From the NCBI GenBank assembly GCA_029250225.1, contig JAQWUY010000010.1, forward strand, positions 5,209 through 69,208: a stretch of DNA of 64,000 nt. The letters run 5' to 3'. Positions 1-10,810 of this stretch are shown piece by piece; position 1 is the stretch's first letter, and every line of letters begins with the position of its first letter. The stretch comes from Alphaproteobacteria bacterium (GTDB lineage: Bacteria; Pseudomonadota; Alphaproteobacteria; JAQWUY01). A model generated the notes under the pieces. That model was given only the letters and a program-made list of their open reading frames with translations, did no database searches and was not told where the DNA came from. The translations under genes and the position numbers were made by a program.

Positions 1-935
1 TTGTTCTCGATACAATCCCATATATTAGATTCAATTTTCAAGTTATATAATTTATTACATTCTTGAATACAGGTTGGGCTAGTGACATTAATTTCTGTTA
101 AATAATCACCGATTACATCAATTCCAACAAATAGTAATCCTTTTTCTTTTAAATAAGGGGCTATTGTTGAACATATTAGTTTGTCATTTTCGCTTAAAGA
201 TGCCTTTTCGTGTTTTCCCCCAATATGTAAGTTGGCACGAGCTTCACCATCAGCTGGAACTCTGTTAATACATGCCTTGGGTTCGCCATTTACAAGGATA
301 ATTCTTTTATCCCCATTCCTTACCTGAGGTAAATATTTTTGCACAATGATTGGTTCGCGATTTTTTTCAAAAAACATTGATAATAAAGATGATATATTGT
401 CATCGTTTTCTTTGATATGGAAAACTCCATCTCCGCCATTACCGTACAAAGGTTTAATTATTATTTCTTTGTGCTTGGCTCTAAATTCTTTTACCATATT
501 TGGCGTTCTAGTAATCATTGTTGGTGCGCAAATATCTTGGTAGTATGTGGTTAATAATTTTTCAGGAGCATTGCGAATAGCACTAGGGTTATTAAATATT
601 TTAACTTTATCTTTTACTAAATCTAACAGGTGCGTATTTGTAATGTAACTCATATCAAATGGTGGATCTTGGCGAATCCATATCACATCTAAATCATCAA
701 GTTTTACAATTTCAGGCTTTTCCAGCCATTTATAATGATTGCCAACTTCGTATTTTAAATCTAATCTTCGCATATTTGCAAATACATTGCCGTCTTCGTA
801 GTATAAATCATCTACACCGTAGTGATATAATTCATAACCACGATTAATTGCTTCTAGGGCTAATATAAAACTTGAATCAGATTTTATATTAATACTTTCG
901 ATAGCATCCATTTGTAATGCGCATTTTTTTGTCAT
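1..935 (-). CDS. gshB: Glutathione synthetase (runs off the window start; absent from the ORF track)
   Basis: Manual translation from ATG at 935: MTKKCALQMDAIESINIKSDSS...IRQDPPFDMSY...KPLYGNGG...GDKRII...RANLHIGG...EINVTSPT, which are GshB motifs. It follows rsmI-yraN. Confidence 0.95.
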   Translation of the reverse strand, partial: MTKKCALQMDAIESINIKSDSSFILALEAINRGYELYHYGVDDLYYEDGNVFANMRRLDLKYEVGNHYKWLEKPEIVKLDDLDVIWIRQDPPFDMSYITNTHLLDLVKDKVKIFNNPSAIRNAPEKLLTTYYQDICAPTMITRTPNMVKEFRAKHKEIIIKPLYGNGGDGVFHIKENDDNISSLLSMFFEKNREPIIVQKYLPQVRNGDKRIILVNGEPKACINRVPADGEARANLHIGGKHEKASLSENDKLICSTIAPYLKEKGLLFVGIDVIGDYLTEINVTSPTCIQECNKLYNLKIESNIWDCIEN

Positions 936-988
936 TCTAATATTCCTAGTTTTTATGAATGGTAAATATACCATATTTTACAATAAAA

Positions 989-1360
989 TTACATTTCTTG
1001 CCAAGCATTTTTAATGTGTTTTATATTAAATCCACTTATTAAAACAGCATCAAAACGAATTTTTTCGGTTTTATATTCTCGCATAATCCACTTTGCCGAA
1101 TTAATCAATCTTTTTTGTTGATTGTTAGATATACTGTACATAGCTGATTCATTATTTTTTCTATATTTCACCTCAACTATTACAAAAACTTCCTTTTTTT
1201 TGGTTAATATGTCAATTTCACCAATAGGTATTTTATATCGCCATTTTATTATGCGGTAGCCTTTAAATATTAAATATATACAAGTTAATATTTCTGCAAA
1301 TAATCCTATTTTATAATTACGATTTGAATTATTTTTTGGCAATTTCAACAACCCTTGCAT
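989..1360 (-). CDS. yraN: YraN family (UPF0102) nuclease-like protein
   Basis: GLFAE...GYRII..R...GEIDIL...IVEVKYR...RFDAV motifs. Start uncertain (ATG 1360 or TTG 1342). Confidence 0.88.
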   Translation of the reverse strand: MQGLLKLPKNNSNRNYKIGLFAEILTCIYLIFKGYRIIKWRYKIPIGEIDILTKKKEVFVIVEVKYRKNNESAMYSISNNQQKRLINSAKWIMREYKTEKIRFDAVLISGFNIKHIKNAWQEM

Positions 1361-2156
1361 ATATTTTACTTTTAGGAATACCTGTTTCAAGGGCAACTGC
1401 AACTGCTGTATCTTTTACTGACATATTTTCTAGTGATTTAATTATCATATTGTCAATTTCGGTATCTGTGAATTCAACACTAGATATATTAATTAGCAAA
1501 ACAAATTCGCCTTTTTCAGGAATATCATTAGTTTCTATTTCAGATACATTACCGCGGATAAACTGTTCAAATTTTTTTGTTAACTCTCGACCAATTGCGA
1601 TATTAGCATTAGGCTGATTTTTTTTAATTTCATTAATAGTATTTCTTATGCGCTTCGGACTTTCGAAATATAAAACTGTTCCCATATTACTATTTAATGA
1701 TTTTAATTCATTTTGCAGAGCTATTTTTTTATTTGGTAAAAAACCTTTGAATGTAAATACATCGGTTGGTAACCCTGCTCCCATTATTGCGGTTATAGTA
1801 GATGAAGCACCCGGAATAGGAATAACTTTAAATTCTTGTTGGCAAATATATTCAACCAGTTTGTATCCAGGGTCATTAACAAGCGGTGAACCAGCATCGG
1901 ATATTAATGCCACGGATTTACCGTTTTTCAATTCTTGTAAAATCTTGGGGCGCATCTTTTCACCGTTGTGGTCGTGATAACTAATTACTTTTGTTTTAAT
2001 ATCGTAATGCTTTAAAAGTTTTGAAGAATTTCTTGTATCTTCGCAAGCTATAATATCAACATTGTTTAATATTGATACAGCACGATATGTAATATCCGCT
2101 AAATTACCAATTGGTGTTGCCACTATATATAAAGCATTTTCAATTTCATTATGCAT
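1329..2156 (-). CDS. rsmI: 16S rRNA (cytidine1402-2'-O)-methyltransferase
   Basis: LYIVATPIGNLADIT, ACEDTR, ISDAGSPLVNDPG, FESPKR, RELTKKFE. Confidence 0.96.
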   Translation of the reverse strand: MHNEIENALYIVATPIGNLADITYRAVSILNNVDIIACEDTRNSSKLLKHYDIKTKVISYHDHNGEKMRPKILQELKNGKSVALISDAGSPLVNDPGYKLVEYICQQEFKVIPIPGASSTITAIMGAGLPTDVFTFKGFLPNKKIALQNELKSLNSNMGTVLYFESPKRIRNTINEIKKNQPNANIAIGRELTKKFEQFIRGNVSEIETNDIPEKGEFVLLINISSVEFTDTEIDNMIIKSLENMSVKDTAVAVALETGIPKSKIYARVVEIAKK

Positions 2157-2206
2157 TTAATTACTCTTTTCTTTACATATTTTTTAATTGCAATTACTAT
2201 AAGTAT

Positions 2207-3331
2207 ATGAACAATAAACTTATAAATAAAATTATTAAACCATTATACACTATTGTAATCATATTACATATGTTTTTTTTCAGCTATGCACAAGCAAACC
2301 AACAAAAAAATATTGTTGGAGTTTTATTGCCAACCACAGGGCAAAACCAAGGAATTGGTAATGTAATCAAAAAGTCTGTGATAATGGCTACATATAAATT
2401 TGCACCAACAAATGTTGTTGTAAAGTTTTATGACACAAAAAGTACAAAATCCGGTACGGTAGAGGCATATTCGCAAGCTTTAAAAGACAATGTAAAAATT
2501 ATAGTCGGGCCAATTTCTAGCAAAAATACAGATATAATACGCTCTAATCAAACATATGGAATACCTATTTTATCATTATCAAACAATACAGATTCAGCTA
2601 GTAGCGGTATATTTACAACTGGATACAGTCCACAATCACAAGGGGCTGGAATAGTAAGGATTATTGAATATTTACAAAGAGAGCGAGTAATTGCAATTAT
2701 TCCTAGAAATACATTCGGTTCTTTAATTGAATCCGGATTATCACAAGCACAATGGGGAATAATTACAAATGTTTATTATTATGATCCAAATAAATATAAT
2801 TACTCTGATTTAGTTAAAACAATTGTTGAAGACCGTGAATATTATAATTATGACGCTATACTATTGCCCGATAGTAATCCAAAAAACATAAAAATATTAT
2901 CATCTCAACTATCTTATTATGATGCTTTTAATATAATTGAAAAAGAAAAAGACAAAAAAATATTTCTTATTGGTGGTTTAGGTTGGGATAAAATTGGTGA
3001 AACCCACAAAGAACCAGGATTATTAAACGGTTATTACCTTGCCCACCCAAAATCGCAAAAGAGCGAAGAATTTAATCAAGAATATAAAAAATTATATGGG
3101 TTTATTCCACCTTACATTGCAAATCTTGCATACGATATGACCGCACTTGCCATTATTTCAGCAACCGCACCTAATCCACAAAAAAAATTGATGCAAGAGC
3201 AAGGATATAAAGGAATATCAGGCACTTTCAAAATGTCGAGTTATGGTAATGTAGAACGAATTTATGACATAAAAAAAGTCTTCCGCGATAGAACCAAAAA
3301 AATATTACAAGTAAAAACCAATAGTCGTTAA
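2207..3331 (+). CDS. LppC/LpoA-like periplasmic-binding-fold protein (putative penicillin-binding protein activator)
   Basis: Signal-peptide-like N-terminus, VGVLLPTTG, IIVGPI, LAYD, GYKGISGTF. Divergent from rsmI as is usual for this family. Start moved to ATG 2207. Confidence 0.75.
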   Translation: MNNKLINKIIKPLYTIVIILHMFFFSYAQANQQKNIVGVLLPTTGQNQGIGNVIKKSVIMATYKFAPTNVVVKFYDTKSTKSGTVEAYSQALKDNVKIIVGPISSKNTDIIRSNQTYGIPILSLSNNTDSASSGIFTTGYSPQSQGAGIVRIIEYLQRERVIAIIPRNTFGSLIESGLSQAQWGIITNVYYYDPNKYNYSDLVKTIVEDREYYNYDAILLPDSNPKNIKILSSQLSYYDAFNIIEKEKDKKIFLIGGLGWDKIGETHKEPGLLNGYYLAHPKSQKSEEFNQEYKKLYGFIPPYIANLAYDMTALAIISATAPNPQKKLMQEQGYKGISGTFKMSSYGNVERIYDIKKVFRDRTKKILQVKTNSR

Positions 3332-3411
3332 TATAGTTATTGATAAATAGCTAAAAATCTTATAGTATCGCGCACATAATAAATTAACAAAAAAATATAA
3401 GGAATTTTATT

Positions 3412-4083
3412 ATGGATAATATGGATAATGTTTTCACAACAGTAGCTATTCAAATTGTAATAATGGCAATTACATACCTCGTTTTCAAAAGATATATCGA
3501 AAAATACAAGTACAATAGATCAATATCATTAAATAAAAATAATCTTTTCAACGAAAAGAAAATTCTTGTCTGTGAAGGTATATGGGAAAGAATAGTAGAT
3601 TTAGAAATAGAATTATCCGGATTTCTTTGTCCTTGTAAATCAATACCAAATTTTAAAGAATTATCAGATGAGAAAATTAGAAAAACATTAAAATCAGATA
3701 ATTTTTCTGCAAAAGATACTGAATATCTTTTGAAATCTAATGATAAAGAGAAAGTATATTCTGATCATAAATATGTAGAAGAATTAAATTCAATTATGAA
3801 TAAATTGCACGATTTTATAAGTTTCTATAACAAGAAGAAAATATTTTTACTACCAACATATAAAAATAAAATAAGCAAATTAATCACTAGTACCGCTGAT
3901 ATAACAGCATCATTACAAGATAAATCAACAATAAAAAATCGCGATAATGATATAACTCAAAAAAAATGTAAAGAAGATATAAAATTAAGTAAGTTAGAGA
4001 TAAAAGAACTGGAAAAATCAATAAAAGTTCTAATCAAAGAAATTGAAGAAATAACACAACAAAAACTATTCCCAAGTCATTAA
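3412..4083 (+). CDS. Hypothetical protein with N-terminal membrane anchor and charged helical body
   Basis: 223-aa ORF with AAGGA upstream, one hydrophobic segment near the N-terminus and no recognisable motif. Confidence 0.65.
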   Translation: MDNMDNVFTTVAIQIVIMAITYLVFKRYIEKYKYNRSISLNKNNLFNEKKILVCEGIWERIVDLEIELSGFLCPCKSIPNFKELSDEKIRKTLKSDNFSAKDTEYLLKSNDKEKVYSDHKYVEELNSIMNKLHDFISFYNKKKIFLLPTYKNKISKLITSTADITASLQDKSTIKNRDNDITQKKCKEDIKLSKLEIKELEKSIKVLIKEIEEITQQKLFPSH

Positions 4084-4094
4084 AAATAATAATA

Positions 4095-5234
4095 TTAATT
4101 CAATATATAGCTAAGGACACTATTTAAAGTTAGTCTGCCTTTTTGTGTTGTTTTTAATCTTTCTTGGAATTCAATCAATCCTTTGTCTATGGCTACTTTT
4201 AATCTTTCCATATCTAGCACATATTCAAATCCGGCGCCTGTTATTGATTTTATTTTTTGTTCTGACACACCTTCTTTTAATCTTAATCCCATTAAAATAG
4301 TTTCAATAGCTTGTTCTTTTTTATCAATGATATCATTTTCAAAATATGAGCTATCTTTCAACCATTTTTCAGGGTTGCTATGGCAAGCTGTACCATATTT
4401 ATTACCGTTTATATCGGTAATACGACCGTGTGCCCCTGCCCCGATACCTATGTAATCATCATAACCCCAATAAAGTTTATTATGCTTGCTTTCATCACCG
4501 GAAATAGAATAATTAGAAACCTCGTAAGCATCATAACCAAGTTCAGATAAATAATTATTTGTAAATACATACATATCAGCGGACAATTCATCGTTAGGCA
4601 TAATTATTTCACCTTTATCAAAACGACGCTTAAACACTGTTCCATCTTCAATTGTAAGTTGGTATAAAGATATATGGCCACCTATATTTTTAACTGCTTG
4701 TAAAAGTTCTAGGCGCCATTGTTCAATTGTTTGATTAGGACGACAATATATCATATCAAATGACCATCTAGAAAAATGTTTTTGAGCAATTTCAACTGCT
4801 TGTAAAGCTTCGGCTGAATTATGTTCTCGCCCTAAATATTGTAATGCATCATCGTTTAAAGATTGCACCCCCAAGGAAACACGATTTACACCGGCAATTT
4901 TAAAATCATTAAATTTCTTGCTTTCCACGGAAGTAGGGTTTGCTTCAAGAGTTATTTCAATATCGTTTGTAAATCCGAATAATTCATTAGCTTTATCAAT
5001 TATTTTTTCTACCATTATTGCCGGCATTAATGATGGTGTCCCACCGCCAAAAAATATACTTGTTAATGGTTTGGGATTTATTCTAGTTGCGGTTTTTTCT
5101 AGGTCTCGCATATATGCATCTGTATATTGTTCTACATCAATAGGATTCTTGCGAACATGAGAATTAAAGTCACAATACGGACATTTTTTTTTACAAAATG
5201 GGTAATGAACATATAGTCCAAGTTTATTATGCAA
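4095..5234 (-). CDS. hemW: Radical SAM heme chaperone HemW
   Basis: LYVHYPFCKKKCPYCDFNS, FFGGGTPS, EANP, YEVSNY, HNKLYW. Lies downstream of rdgB. Confidence 0.93.
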   Translation of the reverse strand: MHNKLGLYVHYPFCKKKCPYCDFNSHVRKNPIDVEQYTDAYMRDLEKTATRINPKPLTSIFFGGGTPSLMPAIMVEKIIDKANELFGFTNDIEITLEANPTSVESKKFNDFKIAGVNRVSLGVQSLNDDALQYLGREHNSAEALQAVEIAQKHFSRWSFDMIYCRPNQTIEQWRLELLQAVKNIGGHISLYQLTIEDGTVFKRRFDKGEIIMPNDELSADMYVFTNNYLSELGYDAYEVSNYSISGDESKHNKLYWGYDDYIGIGAGAHGRITDINGNKYGTACHSNPEKWLKDSSYFENDIIDKKEQAIETILMGLRLKEGVSEQKIKSITGAGFEYVLDMERLKVAIDKGLIEFQERLKTTQKGRLTLNSVLSYILN

Positions 5235-5826
5235 AACAAAATTCTTTCATTTTTCTAAATGCATCGCTACGATGACTAATCAAATGTTTTTGTTGCGGTT
5301 CCATTTCACCAAAGGTAATATCATAACCATCGGGAATAAATATTGGATCATAACCAAATCCCTTGTTTCCTCTGGGTGGGAAGGTAAGTTGACCGTGGAC
5401 TTCACCCCTAAAAACTAATTCTTGTTTAGTAATAGGATTTACAATAGCCAAACAACAAACAAAAAAAGCTGACATATCAGTTACTTTCCTGTCATTTAAT
5501 TCGTCATTAATTCTTTGTATTGCTAGGTTAAAATCTTTCTTAGCACCTGCGTATCTTGCCGAATAAATACCTGGTTTATTATCTAGCCCGACTACACATA
5601 AACCACTATCATCAGCAAGTGATACTTTAGTGCTTGCCTTTGCACTATGCCTTGCTTTTAATAATGCATTATCTTCGAATGTAAGCCCATCTTCCACAGG
5701 TTCACAAATGTTATAATCGCTTGCAATTGAAACGATACAACCGTATGGTTTAACGAGCGAAGATATTTCAGGGATTTTACCCTTGTTATGCGTTGCAATA
5801 ACTATTTCAGTATTATTCAATTGCAT
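5227..5826 (-). CDS. rdgB: Non-canonical purine NTP pyrophosphatase
   Basis: ATHNKGK, ADDSGL, PGIYSARY, GFGYDPIF, SHR. Confidence 0.96.
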   Translation of the reverse strand: MQLNNTEIVIATHNKGKIPEISSLVKPYGCIVSIASDYNICEPVEDGLTFEDNALLKARHSAKASTKVSLADDSGLCVVGLDNKPGIYSARYAGAKKDFNLAIQRINDELNDRKVTDMSAFFVCCLAIVNPITKQELVFRGEVHGQLTFPPRGNKGFGYDPIFIPDGYDITFGEMEPQQKHLISHRSDAFRKMKEFCFA

Positions 5827-6523
5827 ATTTTAATGCCTGTTTCTGAATTTGAATTATCTCTTCACACCCTTTTCGAGCTAAACTAAATAACTCATTAAAT
5901 TTTTCCGGAGCAAAAGAATATTTCTCTGCCGTTGTTTGAATTTCAACAATATTACCGCTTTGTGTTAATACAAAATTTGCATCAACTTCTGCCGATGAAT
6001 CTTGTTCGTAATCCAAATCTAGTACACATTTACCATCAACAACCCCACAAGAAATTGCAGATAGGTTATCAACTATAAATTCTTTACTAACAATAGCATT
6101 TTTCAGCATATATTTTTGTACTAACATCAAAGCAACCCAAGCACCGGTAATACTAGCCGTTCTTGTCCCGCCATCTGCTTGAATAACATCGCAATCTATT
6201 CTAACTTGATTTTCACCCATTTTTTCAAAATCAACAACAGACCTTAATGACCTGCCTATTAATCTTTGTATTTCTTGGGTTCGTCCAGATTCAGCACTTT
6301 TTTTACGATTCATTCTTTCGTGTGTTGAACGGGGTAACATTCCATATTCAGCCGTGACCCAACCAGTCCCAGTCCCCCTTAAAAAAGGCGGAACTCTTGT
6401 TTCAACAGTTGCATTACAAAGTACAGTGGTATTACCAAATTTAATTAAGCAAGAACCCTCCGCATACGGTGTATAATCAGTTATAATTTCAATTTTGCGA
6501 AGTTCGTTATTTTTTCTTGTCAT
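5813..6523 (-). CDS. rph: Ribonuclease PH
   Basis: GWVTAEYGMLPRST, EIQRLIGRSLR, QADGGTRTASITG. Confidence 0.97.
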   Translation of the reverse strand: MTRKNNELRKIEIITDYTPYAEGSCLIKFGNTTVLCNATVETRVPPFLRGTGTGWVTAEYGMLPRSTHERMNRKKSAESGRTQEIQRLIGRSLRSVVDFEKMGENQVRIDCDVIQADGGTRTASITGAWVALMLVQKYMLKNAIVSKEFIVDNLSAISCGVVDGKCVLDLDYEQDSSAEVDANFVLTQSGNIVEIQTTAEKYSFAPEKFNELFSLARKGCEEIIQIQKQALKYAIE

Positions 6524-6550
6524 ATTATTACTTTCCTATTTTTTTTATTA

Positions 6551-9370
6551 TTATTTCCAAACTTTATTAATGCTAGAATCAACGACTAGTGGAACTGATA
6601 AATACAACCAATCTGTATGAGAATTTTCCATTATAGTTTTAATTTTATCTTGATAATTTTCAACTTTATCTTCATCAACTTCAAATATTAATTCATCGTG
6701 AACTTGTAATAATAATTTTATATCTTCCTTGTTATGGATTTCGTTGTAAATTTTTATCATTGCATTTTTAATTATATCTGCGGAAGTTCCCTGTATAGGT
6801 GAATTAATCGCTTGACGGTGTGCGTGTCCCCTTAGAGCTGAGTTATTACTGCTTGCATCAGGTAAATGAATCTTTCGCCCGAATATTGTTTCTACATAGC
6901 CTTTTTCATCTGAATATTGTTTTGTATTTTCCATATACATACGAATACCTGGAAATGCCTTGAAATAACTATCTATAAAATCTTTTGCCTGAGTCCTTGA
7001 ACATCCTGCTTGTCTTGCTAGTCCGTAGGGCGAAACGCCATATATAATGCCAAAATTTATTACTTTTGCCCTTCTACGCATATCACTATCAACTTCATCA
7101 ATGCCGAACATAGATTTAGCTGTTGAAGTATGAATATCACCGCCATCATTAAAAATTTTTATCATTTCTTCATCGCCTGATATATGTGCAACTAGTCTAA
7201 GTTCGATTTGACTATAATCTAGGCTTAAAAATACTTTGCCTTTATCAGCAACGAAACATTCGCGAATTTTTTTACCATCAATACCTTTTACCGGAATGTT
7301 TTGTAAATTAGGATCTGATGATGACAACCTGCCTGTTGTTGTACCCGCCATATTAAAAGAAGTATGGACTCGATTTGTTTTTAAACTGATTTGATTTTGT
7401 AATGCATCAGTATAAGTTGATTTTAATTTTGAGTACTGGCGATATCTTAGTATATCTTCGATAATTGGATCTTCATCATAAATTGATTCCAAAACATCAG
7501 AACTAGTAGAATATCCACCCAATTTAGTTTTTTTACCGCCACTAATTCCCATTTTTTCAAATAATAATTCAGATAATTGTTTAGGACTTGCCACATTAAA
7601 ATCATCCATACCGTGTTTTATTGCAATATCCAAGACTTTTTGTTTTGTCGTCTCAATTTTTTTACCAAATTCTTTTGATAATAAAATAAGTTTTTCCCTG
7701 TCAACTTTTATACCTGAATTTTCCATATTAGCAATTACAGGTATTAAAGGACGCTCCAAATTTTCATAAACTGAAACAACAGAATTAACAACTATTTGAT
7801 TTTTTAATAATTTGTGTAGCCTTAATGTTATATCTGCATCTTCGCAAGCATAATCAGTTGCTTTTTCTATGTCAGCTTGTGAAAATAGTATTTGTTTTTT
7901 ACCTTTACCGCAAACATCTTCGAATTTTATACAATCGTGATCAAGGTAGCGTTTAGCCAAATCATTCATATTATGTTTTGCACGCCCACTGTCAACACAA
8001 CAAGATAACAACATTGTATCGTCAAAAGGCTTTATATCTAAGCCTATTTTTTTAAGTATTGAAATGTCATATTTAATATTTTGTCCAACTTTTAAAATAC
8101 TGCTATCCAACAAAATTGGTTTTAATATTTCCACTACTTTATCAACTGGAATCTGTTCAAATGATTGAACATCATCTTGAACTGGTTCAGTAAACAAATC
8201 ATCTTGTTCTAAATTTTCACCGCTCGAATGATTTATTGGTATGTAACAAGCTTTACCATATTCATAAGACATTGAAATTCCAACAATATCGGAATCTACT
8301 ATGTGTAATCCCGTTGTTTCCGTGTCAATAGAAAGTATACCAGCTGTTTTTACGCCTGAAAGCCATTTTGTAAGTTCATCAGTAGTATGAATTGAAACAT
8401 ATTTGGTTTTTACTTTATCAAAAACAGAATTAGTTAAATTTATTTTTTCTTTTAAATTTTTAGATTCATTTTTATCTTGTGAGTCTTTTACTTCTTCATC
8501 TTTTATTAATTCAGTATCTGAATCTAATTTTGATAATAATCTTTTAAAGTTATTTTCTAGTAAAAATTCTTTTAATTCAGATTTATCATATTTTTTACGA
8601 GTAAAGTGTTCTAGCCCAACTTCGATTGGAACATCATTTTTTAATGTAACTAGTTTTTTTGACATTCGAGCATCATCAGCATAATCAATTAAATTTTGAC
8701 GGCGTTTATTTTGTTTAATTGTGTGAGCATTTGCTAACAAATTTTCTAAGTCACCAAATTCTTCTATCAATTGTGAAGCTGTTTTTATACCTATTCCAGC
8801 TACACCAGGAATATTATCAGAACTATCACCTGCTAAGGATTGTACATCAACAACTTGTTCTGGATAAACACCGAATTTTTCAAATACTCTTTCACGATCA
8901 ATGGTAATATTTTTCATTGCATCGAACATAGTAATATTATCATTAACTAATTGCATTAAATCTTTATCTGATGAAATTATACTAACCTCAGCCCCCATAT
9001 CATCAGCCATTTTCGCATATGTAGCTATTAAATCGTCAGCTTCATAATTATCCATTTCAACCATAGGGATATTGTACGCCTTACAAGCTTGCCTTATAAG
9101 TTTAAACTGTGGGATTAAATTTTCAGGTGCATCATCGCGATTTGCCTTGTAAGCGGGATATATTTCGTTTCTGAAATTGCGTCTTGCTTTATCAAAAATA
9201 ACGGCGACTAAATCAGCGTCTGTTTGGTTTATCAATTTATTTATCATTGTACAAAAACCATAAACAGCATTTGTTGGTGTCCCATCTTCGCGGTTCATTA
9301 ATGGATAACCATAATAAGCACGAAAAATAAATCCTGAACCATCAATGAGGTATAAATGTTTTGGTTGCAT
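6551..9370 (-). CDS. polA: DNA polymerase I
   Basis: 5'-3' exonuclease (LIDGSGFIFRAY, EADD, GDSSDNIPG), 3'-5' exonuclease (DTETTG) and polymerase motifs DYSQIELR, AKVINFGIIYG, QVHDEL. Confidence 0.98.
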   Translation of the reverse strand: MQPKHLYLIDGSGFIFRAYYGYPLMNREDGTPTNAVYGFCTMINKLINQTDADLVAVIFDKARRNFRNEIYPAYKANRDDAPENLIPQFKLIRQACKAYNIPMVEMDNYEADDLIATYAKMADDMGAEVSIISSDKDLMQLVNDNITMFDAMKNITIDRERVFEKFGVYPEQVVDVQSLAGDSSDNIPGVAGIGIKTASQLIEEFGDLENLLANAHTIKQNKRRQNLIDYADDARMSKKLVTLKNDVPIEVGLEHFTRKKYDKSELKEFLLENNFKRLLSKLDSDTELIKDEEVKDSQDKNESKNLKEKINLTNSVFDKVKTKYVSIHTTDELTKWLSGVKTAGILSIDTETTGLHIVDSDIVGISMSYEYGKACYIPINHSSGENLEQDDLFTEPVQDDVQSFEQIPVDKVVEILKPILLDSSILKVGQNIKYDISILKKIGLDIKPFDDTMLLSCCVDSGRAKHNMNDLAKRYLDHDCIKFEDVCGKGKKQILFSQADIEKATDYACEDADITLRLHKLLKNQIVVNSVVSVYENLERPLIPVIANMENSGIKVDREKLILLSKEFGKKIETTKQKVLDIAIKHGMDDFNVASPKQLSELLFEKMGISGGKKTKLGGYSTSSDVLESIYDEDPIIEDILRYRQYSKLKSTYTDALQNQISLKTNRVHTSFNMAGTTTGRLSSSDPNLQNIPVKGIDGKKIRECFVADKGKVFLSLDYSQIELRLVAHISGDEEMIKIFNDGGDIHTSTAKSMFGIDEVDSDMRRRAKVINFGIIYGVSPYGLARQAGCSRTQAKDFIDSYFKAFPGIRMYMENTKQYSDEKGYVETIFGRKIHLPDASSNNSALRGHAHRQAINSPIQGTSADIIKNAMIKIYNEIHNKEDIKLLLQVHDELIFEVDEDKVENYQDKIKTIMENSHTDWLYLSVPLVVDSSINKVWK

Positions 9371-9520
9371 ATGTAAAATCCCACTAGCTTCTTTAAAATA
9401 TTACTTTTGTTAATTATAAAATAAGGTACTATAAATTTAAAATTTATGCTATATTTAACTAGTAAAAAAGATATTTTTTATATATATTGCGGTTAAATAA
9501 TTTTATTAGGTGATATTTTA

Positions 9521-10450
9521 ATGACAAATATAAAAAATGCAATAGAAATAACGAATATAAAAAAGTATTTCAAATCAGGCTCTGAATATAATAAAAAAGC
9601 TTTAAAAGGTTTCGATTTAAATATTCCAAAGGGCTGTATGTTTGGTTTGCTTGGCCCAAATGGTGCCGGCAAATCAACCCTAATCAACATATTATGTGGA
9701 TTAACAATAAAAACATCAGGAAATGTAAAAATATGGGGTATAGATATTGACGATGACCACAGAAATGCAAAAAATGCAATTGGTATCGTTCCGCAAGAAT
9801 TTGTTACTGACCCATTTTTTGACCCTATGGAATTGTTAGAAATGCACGCTGGTTTATATGGAATAAAAAAACAAAACCGCAAAACCGAAGAAATTTTAAA
9901 ATTAGTTGGTTTATGGGAACAACGACACGCCTATCCACGACAGTTATCCGGTGGTATGAAACGCCGTTTATTAATTGCAAAAGCAATGGTGCATCAACCA
10001 CCTATTTTAGTGCTAGATGAACCAACAGCTGGTGTTGATATCGAACTAAGAAAACAATTGTGGGATAATATAAGACAATTGAATAAAATGGGTACGACTG
10101 TTATACTTACCACACACTACCTAGAAGAAGCACAGGAATTATGTGATTATATCGCAGTAATAGATGACGGTGATTTAATAAAAACAGGTAATGTAAAAGA
10201 ATTATTAAAAAATGAAAACCAAAAAACTATAACCGTCAGTTTGGATAAAAAATTTGACAAAAAACACATTCCAAACTATACAGACCTGATTTCAGTAAAA
10301 AATAATATAATTGAACTATCATTTAAACCTACTGAAACTAACATAGGAAATGTTTTAACTGAATTAAATAATTCAAATTATAATATACAAGATATATCAA
10401 CACAAGAAACAAAACTAGAAGATTTGTTTTTACAACTTACAAATGGGTAA
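9521..10450 (+). CDS. ABC transporter ATP-binding protein (ABC-2 type)
   Basis: GPNGAGKST, LSGGMKRR, LDEPTAGVD, TTHYLEEA. No adjacent permease gene. Confidence 0.9.
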   Translation: MTNIKNAIEITNIKKYFKSGSEYNKKALKGFDLNIPKGCMFGLLGPNGAGKSTLINILCGLTIKTSGNVKIWGIDIDDDHRNAKNAIGIVPQEFVTDPFFDPMELLEMHAGLYGIKKQNRKTEEILKLVGLWEQRHAYPRQLSGGMKRRLLIAKAMVHQPPILVLDEPTAGVDIELRKQLWDNIRQLNKMGTTVILTTHYLEEAQELCDYIAVIDDGDLIKTGNVKELLKNENQKTITVSLDKKFDKKHIPNYTDLISVKNNIIELSFKPTETNIGNVLTELNNSNYNIQDISTQETKLEDLFLQLTNG

Positions 10451-10453
10451 AAA

Positions 10454-10810
10454 ATGAAAAAAGAAATAGATATTTGGCAATTTGTTCGCATTATGGTTGA
10501 AGCTGAAACCAATAAAGAAGGAAAAATATTACTTGATAACTTTGGTGATGCTTGGAATGAAGTAGATGCAAAATTAACCGAATTAGCGGACACTGATATG
10601 CAAGCATATGCAAATATGATGATGTCGCAAAACATAGTACTAGAAACAAATAAAAAAATTAATGAAGCAATGGTTAGTATAATCAGTTCTGTTATTGAAA
10701 AATTAACTAATCAACTAGATAATATTGATACTGAATCTGATGAATTAGCACAAGACCTAGCATTTGAAATACAAGGTCTAGAACAATTAGTTGACGAGTT
10801 ATTAAACTAA
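10454..10810 (+). CDS. Hypothetical acidic protein
   Basis: 118-aa ORF tightly packed between co-oriented neighbours. Confidence 0.65.
   Translation: MKKEIDIWQFVRIMVEAETNKEGKILLDNFGDAWNEVDAKLTELADTDMQAYANMMMSQNIVLETNKKINEAMVSIISSVIEKLTNQLDNIDTESDELAQDLAFEIQGLEQLVDELLN

Noticed and set aside
346-847. Short plus-strand ORFs at 346 and 659, and similar antisense ORFs throughout the track
   Set aside because: They are shadow ORFs opposite well-supported genes (here gshB) and carry no recognisable motifs.
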